Shown here: one piece after another, positions 23,440-35,350 of the stretch
Layout of the letters: each line of letters starts with the position of its first letter
Position numbering within the stretch: the stretch's first letter is position 1
Source: Callorhinchus milii
Lineage: Eukaryota
Direction of reading: 5' to 3'
DNA: 64,000 nucleotides
Assembly: GCF_018977255.1 (NCBI RefSeq)
Contig: NW_024704742.1
Span: 132,744,001 to 132,808,000, forward strand
Made by a program: the position numbers and the translations under genes
Notes under the pieces: model-generated
What the model saw: only the letters and a program-made list of their open reading frames with translations
What the model was told of the DNA's origin: nothing
Databases searched by the model: none

Positions 23440-25391
23440 TCGTGGCATTTGGTAGGGCTTTATCACGTTTTCGAGAAGTGTTTTCAAGACTCTCATTGCC
23501 CACCACCTTGGGACGCCTTCCAACGTGAAAGGTGCTATACAAATGTAATTTTGTTGTTGTTGTCTCAGAACGCTTCACAGAATATACTGTGAAGTGAATT
23601 GACTGTATATTTTGCGGCCGAAATGCGGCAGTCAATTGCGCACAGCAGTGTCCCACAAACAGTCATCGATTGAAGTGAGCAAATTATTTTTTTGAACGAA
23701 TTAGTACTCCTGGAAAAGGAATCTGCCATCGTCTAACAACTGGGTTCCTACTTACTGTTGGGTAAACAGAGGCGTATGGAGTAAGGAAACTAGCCTAACA
23801 TTTCGCCCTGCCGGGAATCGAACCAAGGTCCTCTCGCTTGCGAGGCAAGTGCTCTCCACAGCACAGACCAGATCTGCAAAGCACAGCGCTTGCTACCCTG
23901 AGCGACTTCATGTCCTCACCTGGACCCTGACAATGTTACCTTAATTACTGGGGTCAGGAGGCCTTCCCAATGCTATAGTCATTAAGCGCCGGAGGAATTA
24001 GAGGCTTATTTGGCTACTGCAGGAGCAGTTTTTATCTTGATCAACATTCAATCAAGCCCGGCAAATAATCAGCTCAGCAGGCTTCAGCAAAATCGCTTTC
24101 CTTCACGTCTTATCTCTCCATCTTTCCACTTCATGAATTTATAGAGTCCAATTTTCTTCCATGAGCGAAGCACAATGAGCTTCGATCTTTCTTCTTGTGG
24201 TGGGTTTGGTGGTGGGGGGGGCAGGTTGGTTTATAAGTGTGAGAGAGGGAGGGGGTGAGACGTTGGCGGGGAGCTTAGCTGCTGTGTTGTTTCATGGCTT
24301 GTCTTCCACAAATTGGGAATAAGATATATGTCAATACGAGCGTCTAATTAACTACGTGGTTCTGTCTCTTCCTGAGTGACGACTCTCTTCATCAGCTCTG
24401 GAGGCACAGGCAACAGCCACCAGTGTCGAGCTTTCAGCCCCCGACTTTTCGTTTCTCTTCTCAAATAGCGCCGCGGGGTCTTCAACGTCAGACCTGAACA
24501 GGCACATACAGGACCCTCGGCTTAACTTCTTATCCAAAGGACAGCCCCTCTGGTAATATAGCGCCCCCCCACCCCTCCCCAGCCCCCAGCCCTGCACAGG
24601 GATGTCAGCTTACTATATCAGTTCAAAGCCTCTACCAGGCCCAACTAATTACAAGATCACAAAATCAGTTGGGATGAAGAATGTCCTTTAGCCATTTGAT
24701 CCCACCCCCCTAGAATACCCACCCACTGTCCCCATCATAGCATCAAGCTGCTTTTTAAACGAGTCTCAGTGTCCCCACCTCACATTCCTAATTGGATATG
24801 AAAACAGTGCAGATATCAGGTCTATGTTTGTGTCAGTTTGTGTATGTCTCTAACTGTGTATGTGTGTGTGGGGTTTGTCTCTGTCTCTCTCTCTCTTCCT
24901 CTGTCAGTCTACGTTTCTTAGCTGACACTCCGATACAGTGATAGGGATGTGCTGCATTGTCAGAGGTGCCGTCCTTTGGATGAGGCATTAAATTGAGGTC
25001 CCATCTGCCTGTTCAGGTGGATGTTATTGTGAAACGCTCCCCCAGCACTGAACTGCAGAATAAAAGTGGCTTAAATTTAAGACTAGATATAATAATTTTC
25101 CCCAACGCCTGAGCCATCTTAAGTTTTAATACTTGAGTGATTTGCATTCTAAGGTGAAATCTGACAAGGTGGAATTTCAGGCTTAATGTCTTCACTTTGT
25201 ACAATTAAATTGAGGTAATAGCTTGGCAGGTTGTAATATGCAAACCCACCTCCAACACACCTCAGCCCAAGGAATAGATTATCTAAATTAGCCTCGTAAA
25301 TACTTCAGCACCTGTGGAGAAACTAGGGTGTGAATGAATGCCCTCTGACCTGTTCAAAAGCATGATGACTCTCCAATACAGTGCTAATTGT

Positions 25392-26005
25392 CGTGAAGTC
25401 CTGCAGCGTTGTAGTTAAGAGCACTCACCTCTCAAGCGAGTGGACCCGGGTTCGATTCCCAGGTGGGGCAAAACCTGAGGCAAGTTCCCTTACTCCACAT
25501 ATTTCTGCTTACCCTAGCGGTAAGTCGGAACCCGGTTGTTAGTCGATTAATTAGATTAGTCAGTTGTTAGTTGTTGTCAGATCGCTTTCTGGCGGTAACA
25601 ATCCCTTAAAAAAAGTGGTCACTCAATCCCCGAGTGTTTGTGGGACCCTGCTGTGTGCAATTGGCTGCCGTGTTTCGCCCATAAATATACAGTTATTCTG
25701 TGAAGTGCTTTGAGACGTTTCAAAGAAGTGATAGGCTAAATCAAATGTAAGGATTATTATTATTATTATCCCGAGATCCCATCTATCTGGAGTCCTGTAG
25801 CTATGCGGTTAGAGCACTCGCCTCGCAAACGAGAGATCTAGGTTCGATTCCCGGCAGCATGAAATGTTGAGCAAGCTTACTTCATTCACTCGCCTCTGCT
25901 TTCCTAGTAGTAAGTAATTATTTTACAGAATATTCCGTGAAGCGCTTTGAGAGGTCTGAATGACATGGTAAGTTCCCTATATCAAATGCAAGGATTATTA
26001 TTATT
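25392..26005 (+). mobile_element. Two tandem family A SINEs (25392-25769 long; ~25788-26005 internally deleted)
   Basis: Two tRNA heads and two (ATT)n tails; the second copy is flanked by a ~19-bp direct repeat. Confidence 0.87.
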
Positions 26006-27549
26006 AATTCTTGAGATCCCATTTATCTGGATGGATGTTAAAGATGCCATAGCATTATTCAAAAAGTTTTTCCCGGTGTAAACTTGGTCATTCACTCCAT
26101 GATTGTTAATGCTGTATGGCTGCTGTATTCACCCACCAGATACACAGTCACTACACTTTACAATGAATCCTGTGAAGCAATTTGAGACGTCTACTGACGT
26201 GAAAGGCGCTATATGAAATGCAAGGTTATTATTATTTGCAGTGTTTTTTAACCTAATTAGCACAAGGTTAAAAAGAAAGACAGCAATTTTTACTCTACTT
26301 TTTAAAAAACTTGGCAGATTGTTAAAAGGAACCTATGAATGAGAATGGGTTCTGCTGCCAACATATCCTAAGGGAAGCAACTGTGTCTTTACTATATTTT
26401 TTCCTGGGAGGAACATCAGTTCTATAATCAATACATGATTTTGTCAAGGTAACGCAAGCAATAAAACCATGGCTTTAAAATTATGCGCAGACACACATTG
26501 CATCACTATATCCAAGACCTTGGCAAAGCAAACAGAACGGATTGATCAACTACCTCCTGATAAACCGACATCTCGTCTGTGCCTGTTCAGGTGGATGTTT
26601 AAAGAACCCCTGGCGCTGTTTGAAAGAGAAGGGAGTTTCTCCTGGTGTCCCGGCCAACAATTCCCCCAAATAAAATTAGCCATTCGCTCCATTGGCTGCT
26701 TGTCAGACACTCCTGTATGTTAACTGGCTGCAGCATTCACCCACAAATACACAGTCACTATACTTCACAGTAAATCCTGTGAAGCGACTTTGAGAAGTCC
26801 TCCCGACGTGGAAGGCACTGTATCGAATGCAAAGATTGTAAATTCCTCAAGATTCAAATTCAACCTACTCTCAGCCTATAAGCCAATCGTGTCTTAAACC
26901 TTTTAGATGGTGCGGAATTGTTCAAATCAACGAATCACAGCAATTTACAGCGCAGAAGGAGGCCATTCATCCTGTTGAATCTGAGTTGGCTATCAGAGCA
27001 AGGAGAACATTTTTAAATTCAGTCTTGAATTAGAAACCATGTTTCCACAGTGCTCAAAAGGACATCAGCCTGCAAATTGAGACTGAATAGAAGAAATTTT
27101 CACAATGCTGCACAATCTTAAATCTTAGTAATGTCCCACAAACAGCTAGAAGGCGAATAACTAATTTAATTGGAAGACTGTTGATAAGGACATCAGAAGA
27201 AGTGAGTTTCTCTTTACAAATAGCATCATGGGTTCTTTAACATCCTCTGGACGGGGCTTCAGTTTAACGGGGCTTCAGTTTAACTTCTCATCCGAAAGAT
27301 GGCATCCAACAATACAGCACTACTCTGGCAATGCATTGTCAGCCTAGACCATAAGTTGAAAATCCCTGACATGAGACTTGAACCCATAACCTTCGGACTC
27401 AGAAGCAAGAGTGGTACCAAGTTGTGACTGTTTGTGTGACAAATGTGGAAGCCATTTGCATTGACAAATATGTGATGAGCCATTGCCCTATGTGAAATTG
27501 CCCAGAGGCTCAGTTTAACCCAGCATCAATCCCATGTGTGCTTACAAAA

Positions 27550-28102
27550 GTTTACGAAGAATGTACAGCACAGAACCAGGCCACTACACCCAACCAGTCC
27601 ATGCTACATATGTTTCCACTCACACCTTACTCCATCCCTTTCCTTCTATTTCCCTCTCCCTCATGTGAAGGTCTAGCTTCCTCTTGAATGCCTCTATACT
27701 ATTTAATTCAACCACAACCTCAGGCAGCGAGTTCCACAATCTCGCTACCTACTGCATGAAGTAGTTCCTTCTAAATTCTCTTTTAGTTCCCCTAGTCACT
27801 GTCTTATACTAGAGTCCCCTGGTAATGGACTCCCCAACCAGTGCAAACGGCTTATTTATTCTAACCATATCAAATCTTTTCATAATTTTAAACACCTCTG
27901 TCAGGTCACCTCGTAAATATCTCTTCTCTAGCAAACAAAGACCTAACCTACCCAGTTTATCCTGATAGCAGTAATCTGCCAACTGTGATATCATCCTAGT
28001 AAACCTACACTGTACTCTTTCCATCACTGCTATAACCTTCTTGAAGTGTGGAGACCAGAATTGGAAACAGTTCTTCAAGTGTGGTCTAACCAGGTTTTTG
28101 TG
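27550..28102 (-). mobile_element. CR1 LINE 3' fragment
   Basis: ORF LVRPHLKNCFQFWSPHFKK…LEKRYLRGDLTEVFKIMK, followed by a 3' UTR-like sequence. Confidence 0.85.
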
Positions 28103-29446
28103 CAAACAACAACAAAGTTACATTTATAGAGTGCCTTTCATGTCAGGAGGACGTCCCAAGGCGCTGGACAGTCGAGGGTCAGAATTCAACATCACCTCCT
28201 CACTCTTGGATTGTAACCCTCTGGATATAACGCTCAAAGCCCTATTGTCCTTTTTATAGCTGAACAACCTGAATTCAGTACCAGGTGTTATATTTGATGT
28301 GAGTGCCCCTGGGCGAGAGAAGGCAGAACATTTTTTCCTGATCACTATTCATTGACCTTTAGCTGACAAGAACATGTGTTAGATATCAGATGAGACATTA
28401 GATTGCAGGCAGCTCCCAAGTATCCATACCACTGCATGAACCAAACCATATAAGAGGGGGGGTCAAAGTCCCCCCACGGCTAGTTATAGTCTATTTTCAC
28501 GGCATTTCAAAGTGAACCAAAATTTGGCAAATTCTTAAAAATAGCCTCAGTTTTGAAGTCAGTTTTCTGTAAGTTAATTTGAAGGACTATTGTGACAATT
28601 TGGCTGCTTTGTTCACCCACAAAGCACACAGTCACTGCACTATGTATCCTGTGAAGCACTCTGGGACACTACATATATTAATTCAACAATTTGCCCAATT
28701 CCAGACAGTCTGAAATGCCAAGAAAATACAGTACAAAGATTTACATGAGATGTACAGCACGGAAACAGGCCATCCGATCAGTCTGCAGTGGTTGAAAATG
28801 CGGTGTTAAAGGAGGAGAGGAAACAACAACAATTTGCATTTATATAATGCCCTTCACACAGGACAGTGTCTCAGAGCTCTGAACATTGGTGGAGCCTGTC
28901 ACCGAGCCGGGGGAAAGGGAGAAGGTGACCGTAAGCACGGTCAAAGTGGAAGGACTTCAGGCGTGATCTGAAAATGGGTTACTAAGAGTTCACGTTTAAT
29001 AAGAATTCACTATCGAACAACCTCTTTGTTACTTCGAAACTTATTTTAAACAACAGCCTTGTGGAGAGCACTTTACGGAACATGCTAATCTATGAAGCTG
29101 AACCTGAAGAGATTAACATTTTGCAGTTAATTAACTAAACATTAACCTCTAACCTCAGTTTATTTTCTATTGACTAGACACCTGCAGCCCACTCTCATCA
29201 TTACATTGCAAGAAAAATAGCCTCCATGCTCCTTGTAAGTACAGCTGTAAGTTTATAATTGTTTGGGCAGTAATGGGGAGAACGGGGAGGTTTAGGGGGG
29301 GGGTCACAGGTTAAAACTGTTATTGAACAGCCTCAATTCCTGTTATCATTGACTTAGTAAAATCAATTGAAAACTCAGCAAGGATTTCTGCATCGAAGCA
29401 TTGAGTTGAGTGAGGGCATCTGAATTAAACCTGGGCATTATACGCA

Positions 29447-29835
29447 TGTCAGTCTGGCTCAGTTGGTAACACTCTCACCATCTGAGTCAAAAGGTTGTGG
29501 GCTCAAGCTCCACACCAGGACTTTGCATGGATAATCTAAAATGATGCTTCAGTGCAGTGCTGGGAAGACCTGCCTTTTCAGAGGTGCCGTCCCTTGGTTG
29601 AGATGTTAAACTGAGGTCCAGTTCAGGAGGATTTTAAAGATCCCATTGCACTATTCGAACAGAGAAGGGGAGTTTCACCCGGTGACCTGGCCAATAATTC
29701 CCGAGATAAAATTTGTCATTCACTTTATGGCTGTTTGAGTATATGGGTATTTGAAAAATGGCCGCTGCGCTGGCCTACAAAATACACAGTCACTACACTT
29801 ACACAGGAAGTGTCATGAGAAGCGTTTTTGAGATG
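29447..29835 (+). mobile_element. SINE family B
   Basis: TGGCTCAGTTGG A box, Deu-like body. Other copies or fragments at ~1405, 3770, 4260, 16170, 18200, 24430, 26575, 27125, 36030, 45240, 54255, 54600, 56402, 59700, 61808 and 63365. Confidence 0.82.
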
Positions 29836-30364
29836 TTGTCTTGACTTGAACCAGTTCTGAGAGATTGTGGTTGAGGTGACAAGCACTGAGAAGGCTGAAG
29901 GGAGATTAAGGTGTTCCAAACAATGAGTGGTCTTGATAAGGTAAATAGGGAGAAGCTATTACTTCTGATCAGAAACTGGAGGCCATAAATTTAACATAAT
30001 AATAAGTCATAATAATCCTTGCATTTGATATAGCACCTTATCATCTTGTTGAGCCAACTCAAAGCACTTCAAGAATATATATTGGAGTGTATTGACTGCC
30101 TACTTTGTGGGCGAAACACAATAGCCACTCTGGGGACCCCAAGCCTTGGCTCTTGCCAACCTGCGCCGAATACTTTCCGGAAATGGGTAAAAAGGATGTG
30201 TCCCTCCAGGGAGAGAGTGCACATTGCATTCCATCTATCTCTGGAATTTCCATGTGTAGGTGGGATGCATGGAATTCTCAGTTTGCTTTGGATACTCTTA
30301 AGCACGGTGATGGCTTTCTGCACGTGTCAGACACCTGGCTGAGCAAAACAAATAACCAAGTGCA

Positions 30365-30525
30365 AAAAAAGGCCAACTTCCAGGTCATCAGATCACCGTT
30401 GATGTCACATCCTGCGGACTGCAGGTATGCACCAAAGTGACACCAGTGACACTTCTGTGAGCATGCGACAACATGCTGGAAATGATGTCAGTGGCAACCC
30501 GACGATCTGGAAGTTGGCCTTTTTT
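30365..30525. mobile_element. Palindromic MITE-like element with perfect 19-bp terminal inverted repeats
   Basis: AAAAAAGGCCAACTTCCAG (30365-30383) / CTGGAAGTTGGCCTTTTTT (30507-30525); pairing continues inward with mostly transition mismatches. Confidence 0.7.
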
Positions 30526-30714
30526 NAATACAGTAAATTGGCTAATCAGCACTAAATGCAGGTTACTGAAGGTCTGATATAAACCTCACTGGAGCCTCAG
30601 GGAACCCAGGCTCAGCTAGGGCGTGTTCTAATAGGGCCACTCTGCCACTTCAGAAAAAGGGAATCAACCAAATATCAGAAAAAACATATACAGAAAGGAT
30701 TGGGAAAAAGCAAA

Positions 30715-31320
30715 AAGGATGTCAAGGCCTTTGACAGGGTGCAAAGGAGATTTATTAGGATGGTGCCAGGGATGAGGGACTTTAGCTATGTGGAGAGAGT
30801 AGATGAGGGAAGCTGGTATTGTTCTCCTTACAGCAGAGAAGATTAAGGGGAGATTTAACAGAGGTGTTCAAAATTATGAACGGTTTTGATAAAGTAAATA
30901 AGGAGAAACTGTTTCCACTGGCAGATAGGTCAGTAACCAAAGGACACAGATTTAAGATAATTGCCAAAAGAACCGGGTGGGATATGAGGAAAATATTTTT
31001 ACGCAGCGAGTTGTTACAATCTAGAATGCACTGCCTGAAAGGGTGGTGGACGTTGATTCAATAATAACTTTCAAAAGGAAATTGGATACGTGCAGTACTT
31101 GAAAAGAAAAACATTGCAAAGCAGGGAAATGAACAGGGGAATGGGTCTAATTGGATAGCTCTTTCAAAGAGCCAGCACAAGTACGATGGACAGAATGGCC
31201 TCCTTCTGTACTGAAGGATTCTACGAATCTAAAAAGGACAAAACAGATGGTTCTTTCAGAGAGCCAACATGCACACGACGGGCTGAATGGCTTCCTTCTG
31301 TGCTGAATAATTCTGGGATT
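30715..31320 (+). mobile_element. CR1 LINE 3' fragment with 3' UTR
   Basis: FSLQQRRLRGDLTEVFKIMNGFDKVNKEKLFPL…GHRFK, then GAATGGCCTCCTTCTGT…GATTCTACGAATCT tail. The last ~70 bp of the UTR appear twice. Confidence 0.9.
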
Positions 31321-32619
31321 CTTTGTTTCTAAGTTGTGGAATGTCGTACAGTGAATGTACAAAAAAACTGAATGAAAAATGCTGTGCGTTGCTGGGTTGG
31401 CTGAAAGGGAGGTCATCATTTAACCGAGCTCCGAGTCTAATTCCCGATCGGTATATAAAAATAATTTGGAATGCCTTTTGGGTCCTGTTAATGATTAATT
31501 ATGGGTTCGCTGACGTTATGGCCTTTCCAGGCCTGCTTGTACATGAGCGCACAAAAAGGCCACGTTATACCAACCAGAACTTCCAGATTCTGGTGTTGAC
31601 TACTCAGCTTTCTGCACTAAAAAAAAGGTTGACTTGCAGGTCGCCGCTGACGTCACTTCCTATGGGTTATACTTTGTTCACACACAGGAAGTGTGGCTGA
31701 TGTCACTTCTTGTGCATAGCGTGCGTAGCATGATGTGTAAATGGTCACAAAAAGCGGGAAGTTCAAAGGCTTTGGTTTATCCTGGTTCAAAGAGTTTGAG
31801 GGAGAGGGAGAGGGCGGGTAAGAGGGAAAGCGTGCCAATGGAAGAGTATTTCGTCCCCAAAATATACAGTCCACTCCATGCTTTCAGACGTCTCAAAGAA
31901 CTGATAAGACGCTCTATCAAATGCAAGGATAATTATTATATAATCCTATAATAATCCTTGCATTTGATATACCGCTAATTATTTATTATTAACAGTGCCT
32001 CTCTTAGATCACTTCCAGACAGCAGATATGGGTGCGGTGGACCCGAGGCCAGGCTAGAATCAGTGTTTTGGAATTAAAAAAGACATGGATGAATCCTGGT
32101 GCTACTGAGCTGTGTTTGTAATCGATGCAGACGTTTCAATCATGAAGCAGCCCTCCGATCGTCTGGATACCTGAGACTCAACAACAACAACGACTTCACG
32201 CCGGACTCTGTAGTTGTGTTTTCTCGAGTCTCTGAACTTAAGGATTTTGTTGGGATCGGTATTGCTGATTTCTACCAGTTAACACCCAAATAACCAAAAG
32301 AAAAAAGCCAAAGCCATGGATTTTTACCTGGTGGACAAGAAAGTGACTTTAACGGTCCTTCAAGAACCCAGTTTAGTCAAGCTATCCTCACTCCTCCTCC
32401 CTCCTGAGCAGTCCAGTATGACTGCGCAACCTTCCCTCCAGTTAATTTGGCTTGAAAACTGAATACCCTTTGCCTGCAAAGTGGCTTTCAGTATGACAGT
32501 ATTAAAAGGGAGCCTGCCTTCTATTTACACTGGTTACTGACTGTGTTTGTATGTGACTGTGTGTGGCCCAGTTAATCCTTATAACGTAAGCTCCTCACAA
32601 TGCTGATTTTCTAACATAA

Positions 32620-33210
32620 TCACATCACCAAACTCCGACAATGCAGTGCTTTCCCCACCAAGCACCATATTGGAGCATCAGCCTAAACTGTGAGTTCAAA
32701 GTCCCGACATGGGGCACAACCGGCTGACCCTGAGGCGAGAGTGCTACCAATTGAGCCAGACTGACACTAAACGGGGAGAAACTCTTTGTAAAGGTGTCAG
32801 CCTGGCTCAGTAGATAGCACTCTCGCCTCTAAGTCAGAAGATGGGGATGGGGAGGTTCAAATCCCACATTAGGACTATTATAGTCTATGCTAACCTTTTT
32901 GGTGGGCCAACAAAATAATCATAGAAATAACAAAAACGATCAATCAAGAAATATTCAATCAATAAATATTTATTTTGTTGGCCAACCAAAGAGGTCCATG
33001 CTGACATTCCAATGTAGTGCTAGGGGCTGCACTGCATTGTTGGAGGTGCCTTCCTTTGGATGAGACATCGAAGTGACATTCAAGTAGATGTTATCAGATC
33101 CCATGACATTGTTCGAAAAGAGTTTGTCCTGGCCAACGATTCCCCCAGATACAATTGGTCATTCACTTCATGGATGTGTTTTGGGACATTGCTGTGTGCC
33201 AATGGCTGCT
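32620..33210. mobile_element. Head-to-head pair of family B SINEs (32620-32768 minus; 32793-33210 plus)
   Basis: GAGCCAGACTGACAC … ~25 bp … GTGTCAGCCTGGCTC. Confidence 0.82.
32893..32995. mobile_element. 103-bp inverted-repeat insertion inside a SINE
   Basis: ACCTTTTTGGTGGGCCAACAAAATAA / TTATTTTGTTGGCCAACCAAAGAGGT (24 of 26 pair); imperfect 8-bp flanking duplication. Confidence 0.7.
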
Positions 33211-33215
33211 AAAAA

Positions 33216-35350
33216 TAATAATAATAATCCTTGCATTTGATATAGTGCCTAGTCACACCTTTGAGATGTCCCAAAGCGCTTCACAGAATATACTGTAAAC
33301 TGAATTACGCTATATTTTGGGGGCGAAATGCAACAGCCAATTGCATACAGCAATGTCCCACAAACGGTCAATTGAGTGTCCAAATTATTATTCTTATTTA
33401 TTTCTTTTGAAGGAAATATTACACCTGGAAAATAATCCGGCAATCGACTAATAACCAGGTTCCTACTTTCTGCCAGGAAAACAGAGGCGTGTGAAACTTG
33501 CCTAAGGTTTTGATCTGCCTGAGAATCGAGCCTACGTTCTCTTGTGACATGAATGCTCTAACCACTGAGCTACAGGACTGCACAATTATTATTAGTCTTG
33601 AACTGTTTACTGGTGCGCTGCTCTGCCGGAATCATATGATTGAGGAATGTTATCTGGGTGCAGACTCACTCCATTTCCTTAACATTTTGGAGCATCCGGA
33701 ATTTGGTAAATTCTTTAAAGCTGCCTTAACTCTGAAGTTTTTTTTCTGCATGTTTGTTTAAAGAAACTGGAGAAAAACGGGCCTCAAAGTTAAGACTGAA
33801 TTCAACAATTCGCGAGTTTGAGCAAATTAGGAGCAAGTTTGAGACTTTTCCACAATTTTTACATTTATATCTTACATCTTAAGTATTATATTTTTGTAAT
33901 AAATTTACAATAACAACTGGCATTTGTATCCTTCATTTCAGATTTTTAGATCGTTCGTCCTTCACGTTAGGATAATATCTCGGAGTGCTTTACAATGGCG
34001 AGGTGGATGCTAGGCAAGGGGGAAGGGAAGGAGGAGAGGGAGGAAGGTGGAGGTTGAAGAGGTGATAATAATAATAATCCTTGCATTTGATTTAGTGCCT
34101 TATCACATCATTAAGACGTCTCAAAATGCTTCATGGTAAAGTGTCTTTTGTGGGTGAAACACAGCAGCCAATTCTGCACAAACAGTCATGGATTAAGAGA
34201 GAAATACATTTTGGAGGGATTATTATCTCTGGGAAGCGATCCGCGAATCAACTAACAATCGGGTTCCAATGAACTACCAAGTAATCAGATACGTGTGAAG
34301 TAAGGAAATTGGCCTAAGGTTTCGGGAATTGAACTCGGGTTCTCTCGCTTATGAGGCAAGCCCTAACCACTATGCTATGGGACTCCTAGCCCAAATTCAC
34401 CAAGTGGAGTGGGTAAAACAAATGAATGGAAGTTGGAGGAGATTGGGAGAGATAGAGAGACAGGAAGTTGGCCAAGTCTGGTGGTGGGGTGTCAACAAAC
34501 ATGCAGAGTATTGTCTGGGTAAGAATGGGGATAAGGTAAGGATAAGGGTAAGGATATTATTATTATTAAGCATATGGGCGGAGGAGTTTTGGAATGAGTT
34601 GAAGCCAAAACAAAACAGTCTTACATGCAAAGACTAGATGGAATTTCAGATCTCACAAGTACACACTGCTATTCAGTAATGGAGCATTAAGTGCAGGCCC
34701 CCAACTTCTGATTTTGCTTGCAAAAATACTCCCGATCCACTTCAAACATTTTCCTGTGCAGTGTCAAACCTAGAGGTTTCCTTCATCAAAGCACAGAAAC
34801 TCCGTAATTTTAGATGTTCTTTTGCTAAATAATAAATAAATACTGTTTCTTTCCAGGCTCTGTGTAAGTCACAGTCAAATTAATGTTGAAAAGAGACACT
34901 TCCCACCCAGATGTTGCCTCTCCCAAGTTACCGTGTCCTCAAATGACCAAAAACTGTAGAGGGAGAGGAACGGTTCCTGTGAATAACACAGGTAAGAAAA
35001 ATTCCACCTGGGTCCAGATTTACTGTATTTTTTATTTCCATATTTAACCTTAGGCAAGTTTCCTTACTCCACACACATGCCTCTGTTTACTGAGTAGTAA
35101 GTAGGAACCCGCTTGTTAGTCAGTCCATTCTAAGATCACTTCTCGGGGGTAATAATCCCTCCAAAATAATAATAACATGGTCGCTCAATCCACGACTGTT
35201 TGTGGGACACTGCTGTGTGCAATTGGCTACCGCGTTTTGCCCACAAAATACCCAGTCACTCCACTTTACAGTATATTCTGTGAAGCACTTTGAGACGTCA
35301 CAACAACATGATAAGGCGCTATATCAAATGCAAGGATTATCATTATTATT
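33216..35350. mobile_element. Cluster of older family A SINEs: ~33216-33582 (-), ~34065-34387 (-), ~35045-35350 (+)
   Basis: Shared body and tail. Further copies at ~14700-14940, 16512-16830, 22040-22347, 23560-23855, 39524-39793, 52280-52475, 53340-53585 and 57440-57630. Confidence 0.8.
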
